Below, piece by piece: positions 48,467 to 57,862 of a stretch of DNA of 64,000 nucleotides (the stretch's first letter is position 1; every line of letters begins with the position of its first letter). Source of the stretch: Candidatus Moranbacteria bacterium UBA2282 (lineage in GTDB: Bacteria; Patescibacteriota; Minisyncoccia; Moranbacterales; UBA2206); assembly GCA_002345745.1 (NCBI GenBank), contig DDWQ01000003.1, positions 6,028-70,027 of the forward strand, given 5' to 3'. Both the position numbers and the translations under genes were made by a program. Under the pieces are notes generated by a model. That model saw only the letters and a program-made list of their open reading frames with translations, was not told the DNA's origin and searched no databases.

Positions 48467-49804
48467 TCAGATATCTTTCAAGTTTACCACATTTTTGCCA
48501 AAAGTTTTTTTGATTGGCATATTGGTGCTTATTTGTGGTCTATTAACGGCTGGGATAAATTTTTGGGGTTGTGTTTGTTCCTTGTTTGTTCTTTCATAGG
48601 ACAACTTTTGTGGTGATGAGAAACTTATTTTATTGGCGGACAATGGATACTGATGTAGAGACAGATCTGATTCTTCTATTTTCTCAAGATGAGCTCTCAA
48701 AGGTTCTTGAGAAGATTCCATAGATTGATTTCTATCGTTTGTAGAAACAATGCTTGTTTTTTGAATATCTTGATTTTCATTTTTGTTTGAAATCGCGGTT
48801 ATTTGTGTGTTAAAAACTATTTGTTGTGCATTTGTGTCAATATCAATTGGCAAATCTAGATCTAATGATTTTAAAATAATTGCCAATCGTTGCCTTTCTG
48901 TATTGGAAAGTCTTTTGGTGTTTTCACTATTGAATAAGTAGCTTCCACGATTCATTTCTGAATGAGCACCTTGCCCATATATTTGATGGTAGTCTGCGAG
49001 CCAGTTTTTTATAGATGGTCGGACTGGAGAGGAAGAATATTGTAATTTGAGAGGTTGAGATGTGATTAGCTGTTCTCCGAGTTTATCAAATTTATGTAGA
49101 CCTTCGGAAAGAAGGATTTGAATTGTTTTGTGAGTAGCAGGCTTCATTTCAGGTTGAATGGGTGATGTGCTTATATCTTTACTTGGTTCATTGACGTTGT
49201 AAATGGAGTTGTTTCCAATTTCTGATTGAATGAGTACTTTTCCAGCAGATGTTGGTGTGAATGCAAGCACGTTGTCATATGTATGCAATAAATCTTTAAC
49301 TTGATTTTTTTCATTAGAATTTAGTGTGGATGCTTGTGTATTGGTGGAAATAAATTCTATTGGAGCTGAGTCAGTTCGAGTTTTGGTTGGAAAAAGCTTT
49401 TCAAAATTAGTTATCCATTGACTGATAGATAGATTTCCAATTTTTTGTTGATTTTCCAAAATTGCTCGACGAAGTTTTTTACGTAAATTATCGCGTGGTA
49501 TTTCAGGGATAAGAAAGAGTTTTCCGGTAAGTTGATTTTCCATTGAAATTTGCATATGGAAAGATTCTAAATAGTGATTGCGTAAAATGTCAGCCACTTC
49601 TTCATCAGAAATTTGGGATAAGGCTACGATTTTGAGGTTTACAATAGCACTTTGTAGTTTTTTAAATAATTCTGGATTAGAATTTTTAATATCTTGAGAT
49701 TCAATGAATGTGCTTATTTCTTTTAGAGTTTTGCGTGCTTCAACATCATCAATGTGATTGATGGCAAAATGATAGTTAGCTGTGATTTCTTTGATATCTA
49801 ACAT
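48467..49804 (-). CDS. Hypothetical soluble protein (445 aa) of the T4SS-like operon
   Basis: ORF with operon context only; no recognised motif. Confidence 0.45.
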   Translation of the reverse strand: MLDIKEITANYHFAINHIDDVEARKTLKEISTFIESQDIKNSNPELFKKLQSAIVNLKIVALSQISDEEVADILRNHYLESFHMQISMENQLTGKLFLIPEIPRDNLRKKLRRAILENQQKIGNLSISQWITNFEKLFPTKTRTDSAPIEFISTNTQASTLNSNEKNQVKDLLHTYDNVLAFTPTSAGKVLIQSEIGNNSIYNVNEPSKDISTSPIQPEMKPATHKTIQILLSEGLHKFDKLGEQLITSQPLKLQYSSSPVRPSIKNWLADYHQIYGQGAHSEMNRGSYLFNSENTKRLSNTERQRLAIILKSLDLDLPIDIDTNAQQIVFNTQITAISNKNENQDIQKTSIVSTNDRNQSMESSQEPLRAHLEKIEESDLSLHQYPLSANKISFSSPQKLSYERTNKEQTQPQKFIPAVNRPQISTNMPIKKTFGKNVVNLKDI

Positions 49805-49817
49805 TTGAGTTTATATT

Positions 49818-52010
49818 TTAGGGAGTACCTCCTCCACCTGCAGGAGCACCACTTGCAGCAGTAGCCGTAGCTGCGGCAGCAATACCAGCAATACCACGAC
49901 GCTCCCTTAGTTTATTAATGAAGGCAGTTATATTAGCACTTTGTTCAGGCGTAACATCTGGTCCAGTAGCATATGTTTCCATGTTTGCTAAGTTTGCATC
50001 GCTGGCCAAGTTTTTTATGAAATCTGGTCTAACTCTACTTAGAACATCAACTTCTTGTTGAGAAACATTGCGTAATTGAGCCAGTCCGATCGCATGTAAT
50101 CCTCCAGCACGACTTCCATCCGTTAGATTGCCATTAGTATCTCGATTTGGAATTTCTGTAAGAAATGAATTCCAATGCCAGGTGTCAGCCTTGGTTTGAA
50201 CTTTAATATTGTTAGCCTTGCCAATTGCTGCTGCTGCTTGATCAGGATCTTCATTTTTTTGATATTTTTGTTTTTTAACATTCCAACTGGCCATAGCATA
50301 ATTGGCAAAATTTCCCTTGGAGTTTGCGATTTCACCCAGATCAGCCATTTGACGCAGTGCCTCTTGCTCATTCATGCCACCTTCCGTAAATTGTTTAAGT
50401 ATGTAATTTTTCATAGCAAAAGGATCGACATCTTGATTATTAAGCTTCATAAATTCATTTTGGTCATTATTATTAAACATAATGCGCAAAACGGCAGACA
50501 TTTTTTCAGTGTCTTTCGCTACTTTGGCTTTGGTAAATTCATCTACTAAAATTTCAGATTCACTAGCAAATTCAGATAATTCTTTTTGTTTTTTGAGCAC
50601 GTTAGTTTGAATAGCTGCTTGTTGGTTTCTAGTTTTATCTTTGCCAAGACTGAACGCTGAATTCCAGCGATCATGCCAGATGCCAGTTGATTCTTCCAGT
50701 GCTTTTCTTTCGGATTCTGCAGATTGTTTTTTCCAACCAGAGATAATTCCTCGAGGACGTAAACCCTTTGGTATAACATTTCTTTCAAAAGCCTTGAGTC
50801 CTGCAATGGCAGCATATTTTGCACCAGACTTCACACCACCACCCATCATTCTCGGCAACCAAGTACTAGCTTTTTGTGCAGCACCCATAACTGTGCTGGC
50901 GCCCTCAATCCCCATCTTCTGTGCAATGCCCATTCCCATCCACAAAATGACAATCGGGATAGCCATATTTGCCATAGAGGTTATGACACTGTCTTGCTGG
51001 GCGAGCTCAAATGATTCGCCGATAGCCGTCATTGTGAAAATAGCGATATGCAAAACAAAAACCATAATCGGTCCAAAAAAAGAATATTTGATTATATTAT
51101 CCCACCAGCCGAAATCTTTGCCGGCGATGTTACCAACGAAAGCTACGGGTGAAATTATAATCAAAATAGCTAGTGCAACGATTCTCACTAAAAATAGAAC
51201 AGCTAGAGCTAGAAATGTGACAGCTAGTAGAAAAGTAAAAAATATAGCGGCAAAAAGTTGCGGGTAGGAGGCATCAGTATTGGTTTGAAGAATATTTTTG
51301 ATGTCCCCTCCAGTAGTTATTCCAGTTAAAATGGAAGTTGGATCTGTAGCTGAATTTGGAAAAAATTGCGTAAGCATAGTGTACATCAAGGAGTTAGAAA
51401 TATCTACAATGAAGCGGGCGATGGGAAAACTAAAATTGACCAACAGCGCCATCAAAACAATTGTCAGAATTATTTTTTTCTCACCAAATTTGCCTCCAAT
51501 TTGAAAAATGATAGAAAAAGCGGAATAGAGCAGAAAGAGAATGAAAGCGATGTTGAGAAAATCACGCACTTCCATCCAGACTGTGTAGAGTGCTGGACTT
51601 GCCACAACATCTTGCAATTTTTTAGCATCAACAACAACGCCAAACAGTGCTGCTGATGCACCAAGCAACATACCATTGAATTTAAGAATGCCTACAAGAA
51701 GACAACTACCATTTGCAATGTCTCCTATACCGCATCCGAGAATAGTGCCTCCCTCAGTATTTACCTGCTGTGGAGTTTTGCCTGCCTTGCTAGGGTCAAT
51801 AGCTCGAACTTCTATTGCCTTTGTATTATCAATAGGACCAGCTGAAGACGGCAGGCTGGAAAGCCCTGTTGGATTAAATGTAGTTGGTTCTGCAGCATTT
51901 GCTGTGGGAGTGTTGGATATTTGCAGATTAATTAAACCACCAAAAACAATCATAAAAATGATAATGGCAGAAAAAAAACTAGCGACTTTTTTTTGAAATT
52001 TGTTTTTCAA
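49818..52010 (-). CDS. VirB6/TrbL-like polytopic membrane protein with a long hydrophilic C-terminal extension
   Basis: N-terminal signal/TM, central block of ~6-7 TM helices, C-terminal ~350 aa soluble region ending in an Ala/Gly-rich tail. Confidence 0.55.
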   Translation of the reverse strand: MKNKFQKKVASFFSAIIIFMIVFGGLINLQISNTPTANAAEPTTFNPTGLSSLPSSAGPIDNTKAIEVRAIDPSKAGKTPQQVNTEGGTILGCGIGDIANGSCLLVGILKFNGMLLGASAALFGVVVDAKKLQDVVASPALYTVWMEVRDFLNIAFILFLLYSAFSIIFQIGGKFGEKKIILTIVLMALLVNFSFPIARFIVDISNSLMYTMLTQFFPNSATDPTSILTGITTGGDIKNILQTNTDASYPQLFAAIFFTFLLAVTFLALAVLFLVRIVALAILIIISPVAFVGNIAGKDFGWWDNIIKYSFFGPIMVFVLHIAIFTMTAIGESFELAQQDSVITSMANMAIPIVILWMGMGIAQKMGIEGASTVMGAAQKASTWLPRMMGGGVKSGAKYAAIAGLKAFERNVIPKGLRPRGIISGWKKQSAESERKALEESTGIWHDRWNSAFSLGKDKTRNQQAAIQTNVLKKQKELSEFASESEILVDEFTKAKVAKDTEKMSAVLRIMFNNNDQNEFMKLNNQDVDPFAMKNYILKQFTEGGMNEQEALRQMADLGEIANSKGNFANYAMASWNVKKQKYQKNEDPDQAAAAIGKANNIKVQTKADTWHWNSFLTEIPNRDTNGNLTDGSRAGGLHAIGLAQLRNVSQQEVDVLSRVRPDFIKNLASDANLANMETYATGPDVTPEQSANITAFINKLRERRGIAGIAAAATATAASGAPAGGGGTP

Positions 52011-52034
52011 TTTTTTGACTATATTTTTAAAAAA

Positions 52035-53090
52035 TCAGTTTTTAAATAATGAACCGATGCCACTTTGGGAAGCTTGGGTGTTGAGTCCGGACATAGCTTT
52101 GTCTGTCGTATTTTGTGCAGAAGACTTTGCCTGTCCAATTCCATATTGAATAGTATTGGTAATCAATGATTGTACAGTCGCTGTTATTATTTCTCCGGGA
52201 TTTGTAGCTGTGGCTAGTGTTGTATACGCAGTATTTAAAGCATTAGAAACGGCATCTTTAGTAATAATCCCTGGTGTGACAACTTTATCACCCGCTTCAG
52301 CAAATCCGGAACCAGCTTGAGCCTTATTTTCTGCTTTTTTTGTTTCTTCTGTTAGGAGCCTATCATAAGTTCTTTGTGCATTGATGGCATAGTCCCATTG
52401 ATCATTTATACCAGAATAAGATAATTGCAAGTTTGCAAAATTATTACTAGCATCAGCAATATCTTCTCCATTGTAAGTAATTGTGGGTTCTTTTCTTTCG
52501 CTAGTGAGAGCTTTGCCCATTTCTTGAAGTTCAAATGCATTGGTTGCTGCTGACCTATAGACATCAAGGTCAGAAGCTGCTTGGGCAAAATAAGAAAACT
52601 TGCCATAGCTAGGATTATTCATTGCTAGACCATAATTGAAAGACCCTTTGCCAAAACCTTCATAGTTGTCTGCAAGGAGACTGGCGGAAGCCGCGGAGAT
52701 ATAACCTGAAGCAGAACCTCTTCCCTGACTGATTGTTTGGCTTAGATAATCATTCATCAAAATATTAGCAGATTCTTTTGGTTGGTTTACTAAAAAATCT
52801 TGCCAATTTACGATAAATTTAGCAGATTGAGAGGAAGATCCACCGACAATATCCCCCAATGCACTATTAATTGCTTTGATTGCTGCTGTCTTTAAGCCAC
52901 CTCTAATCATTCCCTGCAGGGAAGCTGTCAGTTGCTCTTCGAGAGTTTTATAAATTTGTGCTGGAAATTCCCCCCACAAAGCCTGTGCTTTTGGAGCGTT
53001 GATTGGAGTAATAGTTAAAGAAAAAAGCAAAAACAAAGCAAGAATAATTGTTTTTGATTTGGAATAATTAAGTTTTTTTAAAAAATTCAT
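52035..53090 (-). CDS. Secreted hypothetical protein (signal peptide) of the T4SS-like operon
   Basis: Signal peptide IILALFLLFSLTITPINAPKAQA. Confidence 0.45.
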   Translation of the reverse strand: MNFLKKLNYSKSKTIILALFLLFSLTITPINAPKAQALWGEFPAQIYKTLEEQLTASLQGMIRGGLKTAAIKAINSALGDIVGGSSSQSAKFIVNWQDFLVNQPKESANILMNDYLSQTISQGRGSASGYISAASASLLADNYEGFGKGSFNYGLAMNNPSYGKFSYFAQAASDLDVYRSAATNAFELQEMGKALTSERKEPTITYNGEDIADASNNFANLQLSYSGINDQWDYAINAQRTYDRLLTEETKKAENKAQAGSGFAEAGDKVVTPGIITKDAVSNALNTAYTTLATATNPGEIITATVQSLITNTIQYGIGQAKSSAQNTTDKAMSGLNTQASQSGIGSLFKN

Positions 53091-53091
53091 T

Positions 53092-54126
53092 TTATTGAGA
53101 TAATTTTTGAACTAGGTCGTCGCTTGGCAGATCCATCCCATAGGAACTCAGTTTGTTTTGCAGAGAATCATCAAAGGTCAAGTCATAGGAATCAATTTTT
53201 GCTGTCATATCATCTGAAAATGCAGAAGCATAGCTCATAAAGCCTAATACTTTAGAAAAATTAGCAATACTTGTGAGTGGGTCTGTCGGATTGGGTGCAA
53301 AAAGAGTGTTGAGATTTTGTGCATATTCAGTTATTTGCAATGCTTCAATATGCAAATCAGCCAAATCTTCTGGCACGGGGATGCTTTTCATCTGTTCTAT
53401 AATTTTTTGGTCAGTAGCAAGAATGTCTGCGATGGCTTTCGGATCTTGCGATGTAATGGCTGTTGTAAAACTCTGAGTAATGGAATTAGAAAGCGTTGAA
53501 ATGTCAGAAGTTGAGGTGACGGGAGTTGGTGAGTTGCTAGACAGCACATAGGAAACTCCCACAATATAATCAGTGAGATCATCTTTTTTTGCTGCTGTGA
53601 TTTGCTCGTCATTTAAACCTTTAAAATCGTCTTGTTTAATGATGATGTCATCTTTCGTGACTACTGGCATTTCATCTGAAGAAACTTGAGTATTGAGGGA
53701 ATCATCGACTAGTGAATTGACTTGTTCTAGGGTAACATCTTTGTTGGCAGGATCACTGCTACTGAGCATAGTCGCTATTTTTTGGGTAACATTAATAGTA
53801 AGGTTTTCTTGTGCAGAATCTACAGGTGTTTCTGTAGTTGCATTTGCAATGGTCGGAATTATTTTATCACCAGGTGACGGTTTGGTGGGATCATAGCCAG
53901 ATTGAACTTCAGCTCCATCGGAATAACCATCGCCATCACTATCTGCTTTTTGTGGATCAGTACCATAGGTTGTTTCTTCCGCATCAGAAAGACCATCTTG
54001 GTCGTTATCAAGAAAAATGTTTTTAGTTGTTGTCGCTTGTTCTTGTGCCGTTGCAAAAAAAGAAAAGCTTGCAATAACTAGCGCAAATAAAACTATTAAA
54101 GATAATTGAATTTTTTTTATTTTCAT
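53092..54126 (-). CDS. Secreted protein with thrombospondin-type-3-like Ca-binding Asp-rich repeats; first gene of the operon
   Basis: Signal peptide MKIKKIQLSLIVLFALVIASFSFFATA, then DNDQDGLSDAEETTYGTDPQKADSDGDGYSDGAEVQSGYDP (DxDxDG repeats). Confidence 0.5.
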   Translation of the reverse strand: MKIKKIQLSLIVLFALVIASFSFFATAQEQATTTKNIFLDNDQDGLSDAEETTYGTDPQKADSDGDGYSDGAEVQSGYDPTKPSPGDKIIPTIANATTETPVDSAQENLTINVTQKIATMLSSSDPANKDVTLEQVNSLVDDSLNTQVSSDEMPVVTKDDIIIKQDDFKGLNDEQITAAKKDDLTDYIVGVSYVLSSNSPTPVTSTSDISTLSNSITQSFTTAITSQDPKAIADILATDQKIIEQMKSIPVPEDLADLHIEALQITEYAQNLNTLFAPNPTDPLTSIANFSKVLGFMSYASAFSDDMTAKIDSYDLTFDDSLQNKLSSYGMDLPSDDLVQKLSQ

Positions 54127-54319
54127 TTCGTATACGAAAAACGCATTAGGACAACACACATTCAAATAGTCGTAAGAGATTATTATTAACTCAGTACACT
54201 AAAATTATACCATAAAAAAACAAGTTTGATAAAGGTCTGTTGGCTGTGTATAACTTTTTGAGTTATTTTATTGCAAAACATTAGTTGCTAAAAAGTAGTA
54301 AGACTGATAAATTAGAAAT

Positions 54320-55963
54320 ATGAATAGATTTAAAAAAGCAGTAACAGGGTTGAATAAAGTTATAGAAAGTGTGTTTGCTCTAAAGATTGGAACGACTACA
54401 CTGGCTTTGAATTTTCTCGGAATTATTATTTTGCGTGTTTTTGAAGAACGGTTTCTAGCATCCACTGATAATGCTGTCTATGGGGCTATTGCAGGATTTT
54501 TATATAACTTTTTCTTCTTTATTGTTTTATATTTATTAATTTGGCTTTTGCTGACTTGGATTCTCAAGATGAAGCCAATGCAATTAACTGGCGTTCTCCT
54601 GTGGTCATTCTGGCTAGTTCTGTTGCCACCTATCTTGGATATGATAAAAACTGGCGGTAGCGTTTATTGGAGTTTCTATACATTAGACAGTCTCGTGGGT
54701 TTGTGGCAGGAATTTATTACTTTTTTTGGGCACTTGCCATCAGGCATTGTCTATTTTGGAACCAAAATTGTTTTTGTGCTGACAATCTTTCTAGTTGGCG
54801 GATTGGTTTTTTTGAAAACAAAAAACTTCTTTAAAACTATTTTCAGTGCATTTTTTGCGTATGTTTTAATGTTTGTTTTGGGAACACTGCCATCCTGGCT
54901 CACAATGATTTATTATTTTTTTCAAGGTTCTAAAAAAATAACGGAAGTCAATGCAATTAACATTGTGCAATTATTTGGTTCTATGCATCCAATTTTTGGA
55001 ATTGAAAATGATAATATGAAATATACTTTCGTAAACAATCTAAATGGCGTATATTTTCTATTACTTTTATTTTTTCTTGGTATCATTTTCTTTTTGGAAA
55101 GTCGAGAAAAATTATGGGCAACCATAAAAAATGCGCGCTTGCCTCAAATAGCCTACCACACAGGACTTTTGTTAGTAGGTATGGGTCTCGGCAGTTTTAT
55201 TTATCCGCAAAATTGGCATTTGAATGTGTTCTCTAGTATTTCATTTCTCGTAATTTTGAGTAGTGTTCTATTATCCTGGAAAGCTTCAGTCATCGTCAAT
55301 GATTTGAATGATTATAAAATTGATAAAATAACCAATAATTGGAGGCCATTACAAAAAAATATTTTCACACAAAAAGAATATATTAATTTAGGTATAATTT
55401 TATTTTGCTTGGCACTACTCGGTGGCTTGGTTGTCGGTTTAAAATTCGCAATGTTTTTGATTGTCTATCAAACATTAGCGTGGTTTTATTCAGCTCGACC
55501 ATATAGACTGAAAAAATTTCCCATCATTGCTACTTTTTTTAGTGCATTAGCCTCAATCACTGTAATATTTATTGGCTATAGCCTATTTTCTGGAGATGAG
55601 AATATTAAATTATTTCCGTGGAGAATAATTATTATGATGCTTATGACACTAACATTATCCTTGCCAATTAAGGATTTCAAAGATATTGCGGGAGATAGGG
55701 CTGACGGCGTTTGGACTATTCCGGCATTATTTGGGATGGAAATGGGCAAGCTGATTGTTGGTTCCGGCATTTTTATTTCTTTTATGTCGAGTGTGTTTTT
55801 CTTGAATGAGCACAAACTTTTCTGGTGGGCATTGCTTTTTGGTGGCATCAGTTTTCTAGCTATGACAAGCAAAAAAACAAAACCATATCAAATGATATGG
55901 TCAGTTTTTGGTGCGGTGCTTGTCTATGCTGTGATTTTGATAAAAATAGTTTTTCTAAAATAA
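54320..55963 (+). CDS. UbiA-family prenyltransferase fused to an N-terminal ~290-aa polytopic membrane domain
   Basis: The C-terminal half carries both UbiA Asp-rich motifs: NDLNDYKIDKITN (NDxxDxxxD) and KDFKDIAGDRADGVWTIPALFG (DxxxD/GDR..G). Confidence 0.65.
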   Translation: MNRFKKAVTGLNKVIESVFALKIGTTTLALNFLGIIILRVFEERFLASTDNAVYGAIAGFLYNFFFFIVLYLLIWLLLTWILKMKPMQLTGVLLWSFWLVLLPPILDMIKTGGSVYWSFYTLDSLVGLWQEFITFFGHLPSGIVYFGTKIVFVLTIFLVGGLVFLKTKNFFKTIFSAFFAYVLMFVLGTLPSWLTMIYYFFQGSKKITEVNAINIVQLFGSMHPIFGIENDNMKYTFVNNLNGVYFLLLLFFLGIIFFLESREKLWATIKNARLPQIAYHTGLLLVGMGLGSFIYPQNWHLNVFSSISFLVILSSVLLSWKASVIVNDLNDYKIDKITNNWRPLQKNIFTQKEYINLGIILFCLALLGGLVVGLKFAMFLIVYQTLAWFYSARPYRLKKFPIIATFFSALASITVIFIGYSLFSGDENIKLFPWRIIIMMLMTLTLSLPIKDFKDIAGDRADGVWTIPALFGMEMGKLIVGSGIFISFMSSVFFLNEHKLFWWALLFGGISFLAMTSKKTKPYQMIWSVFGAVLVYAVILIKIVFLK

Positions 55964-56066
55964 TGCCGAATAAATTTGAGACGTGTTACATCGCCAAGGC
56001 TTCACCTCAGCGGGGCTAATTTCCAGTAGAGGTGAATACTTTGACAGGAAAATGGTATCGTTTGAA

Positions 56067-56894
56067 TTAACTTAGTATAAGCTCGCTAACCTTTTTCCAA
56101 TCAACAATAGTCAGTTCTTGTGCACGTACGTTTTCATGAAGTGAAAGCGTTTTTAATTTTTCGCAAATATCTTTTTTGTCTAATTGTAGGCTATTTCCGA
56201 GGTTATTAGGAAGAGTTTTTCTTTTAGCGGAAAAGCCAGCTTTGACAACGCGAAAGAATTTTTTGTCAGTTATTTTATTGAATTTACGAATAGGCGTTAT
56301 TTTTATAATAGCGCTGTCCACTTTTGGTATGGGGAAAAAAGAATCCTTGCTAACTTCAAACAAAATTTTTACTTCGGCATAATATTGAATTGCAACAGAA
56401 AGAAGGCTCATTTGACCTGCAGTAGCTACAATTCTTTTTGCTACTTCTTTTTGCACCATCAAGATAATTTCTTTTGGTTGAATGACTTGTTCAAGAAATA
56501 GTCGGATGATGGGAGAAGTTATGTAATATGGAATGTTAGCGACTAGTTTGTAATTTAGAATCGGTGCCGAAATGGGGACACTGGGTGTCCCTTTGGACAC
56601 CCAGTGTCCAAGTAACTCGGGTAAATTTATGTTTAAAATATCAGCGTGAACAATTTCCACGTTAGCTGTGTTTTTGAATTTTTCATTAAGCACGGGAATC
56701 AATCTATCATCAAGTTCAATCGCGATGACTTTTTTGGTATGTTTAGCCAATTGTTCTGTGAGCACGCCTTCTCCGGGACCAATCTCAATCACAAAATCTT
56801 CTGAATTCAATTCAGCTACTGTAATAATTTTTTGCAAAACTTGCTCATCGCGGAGAAAATTTTGACCCAATGATTTTTTTGGCTTATTTTCCAT
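56067..56894 (-). CDS. rsmA: 16S rRNA (adenine1518/1519-N6)-dimethyltransferase
   Basis: KKSLGQNFLRDEQVLQKII and IEIGPGEGVLTEQL SAM-binding motifs. Confidence 0.9.
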   Translation of the reverse strand: MENKPKKSLGQNFLRDEQVLQKIITVAELNSEDFVIEIGPGEGVLTEQLAKHTKKVIAIELDDRLIPVLNEKFKNTANVEIVHADILNINLPELLGHWVSKGTPSVPISAPILNYKLVANIPYYITSPIIRLFLEQVIQPKEIILMVQKEVAKRIVATAGQMSLLSVAIQYYAEVKILFEVSKDSFFPIPKVDSAIIKITPIRKFNKITDKKFFRVVKAGFSAKRKTLPNNLGNSLQLDKKDICEKLKTLSLHENVRAQELTIVDWKKVSELILS

Positions 56895-57701
56895 TTAATT
56901 TAATATAGCCTCAACTTTAACGCCAATTACTCCGGCACCAAGCGAAGCAATGCTAGTGAAGGCAACTTTATCAAGATCAATTATGCGTCCTTTGCCTTGG
57001 GGTCCATAGTCATTAATTTGTACGACTACTGACTTACCATTCTCTAGATTAGTTACTCTAGCATAAGAACCCCTAGGAAGGGAAGTGCTAGCAGCAAACA
57101 TACCGCCCTTGAAGGCATACCAAGTCCCTTGGCCAGTACTGGCTTTGCCGAGCTTCATATATGTTCCTTGAATGACAATTTCTGTCACAGGATCACTAAC
57201 GATATTTTTTTCCAGGGGTATGCGTGAAATTTCCTGGCCATTTTTGTAAGTTATACTATATTTTATTTCTTTTTTTCCAAGCTCGCCTTTTTGTTCAACT
57301 TTTTTTTCATGCCAACCAAGTTTGGCATCTTCTTTGGTAATTGTTTTGAATGCAATATCTTCGGTAATAATTTTTTCTTCAATATTTATGCGCGTAACAA
57401 TAATTTTTTCATTGGAATGAGGTTGCCAATTAATAGGTGGTGAAACTTTGTCTAGTCTGCCTAAGAGTATTTTATTTTCATTAAGTATGCCACCAATTGT
57501 TTTTTCAGCGGAATAATTTTCGATAATTTGATCGTCAGCATTTAATTGAAATTTGATAGCACGATCAATAGTAATCAGTATTCCAGGATATAGTGTTGTT
57601 TCTTTAGGCGGAATAATTAAATCATATTCATTGAGAATAATATTTTTTTCTTGTAATAAATTTGCAATAGTAGTTGCCTCGGTTTTTATTTCAAAAATCA
57701 A
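56895..57701 (-). CDS. RlpA-like double-psi beta-barrel (DPBB/3D-like) protein with an N-terminal G5-like region
   Basis: C-terminus GKASTGQGTWYAF...LPRGSYARVTNLENGKSVVVQINDYGPQG..RIIDLD matches the RlpA DPBB pattern. Confidence 0.65.
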   Translation of the reverse strand: MIFEIKTEATTIANLLQEKNIILNEYDLIIPPKETTLYPGILITIDRAIKFQLNADDQIIENYSAEKTIGGILNENKILLGRLDKVSPPINWQPHSNEKIIVTRINIEEKIITEDIAFKTITKEDAKLGWHEKKVEQKGELGKKEIKYSITYKNGQEISRIPLEKNIVSDPVTEIVIQGTYMKLGKASTGQGTWYAFKGGMFAASTSLPRGSYARVTNLENGKSVVVQINDYGPQGKGRIIDLDKVAFTSIASLGAGVIGVKVEAILN

Positions 57702-57862
57702 GCCGTTGTCGTTGAGAGTTATTATTTTTTCTGAGTTAAAATTTAATATTCTGGATGGATTATGAAAAAAAGTAAAAAGACCATAACCTATTAGTGCTAT
57801 GCAGATAAAAAAACTGAATTTTATAATTTTTAATTTTATAATTTTGTAAATAAATTGCGATA

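Noticed and set aside
50175-51996. Multiple plus-strand ORFs (68-208 aa) opposite the VirB6-like gene
   Set aside because: Antisense to a long, coherent membrane-protein ORF; no RBS.
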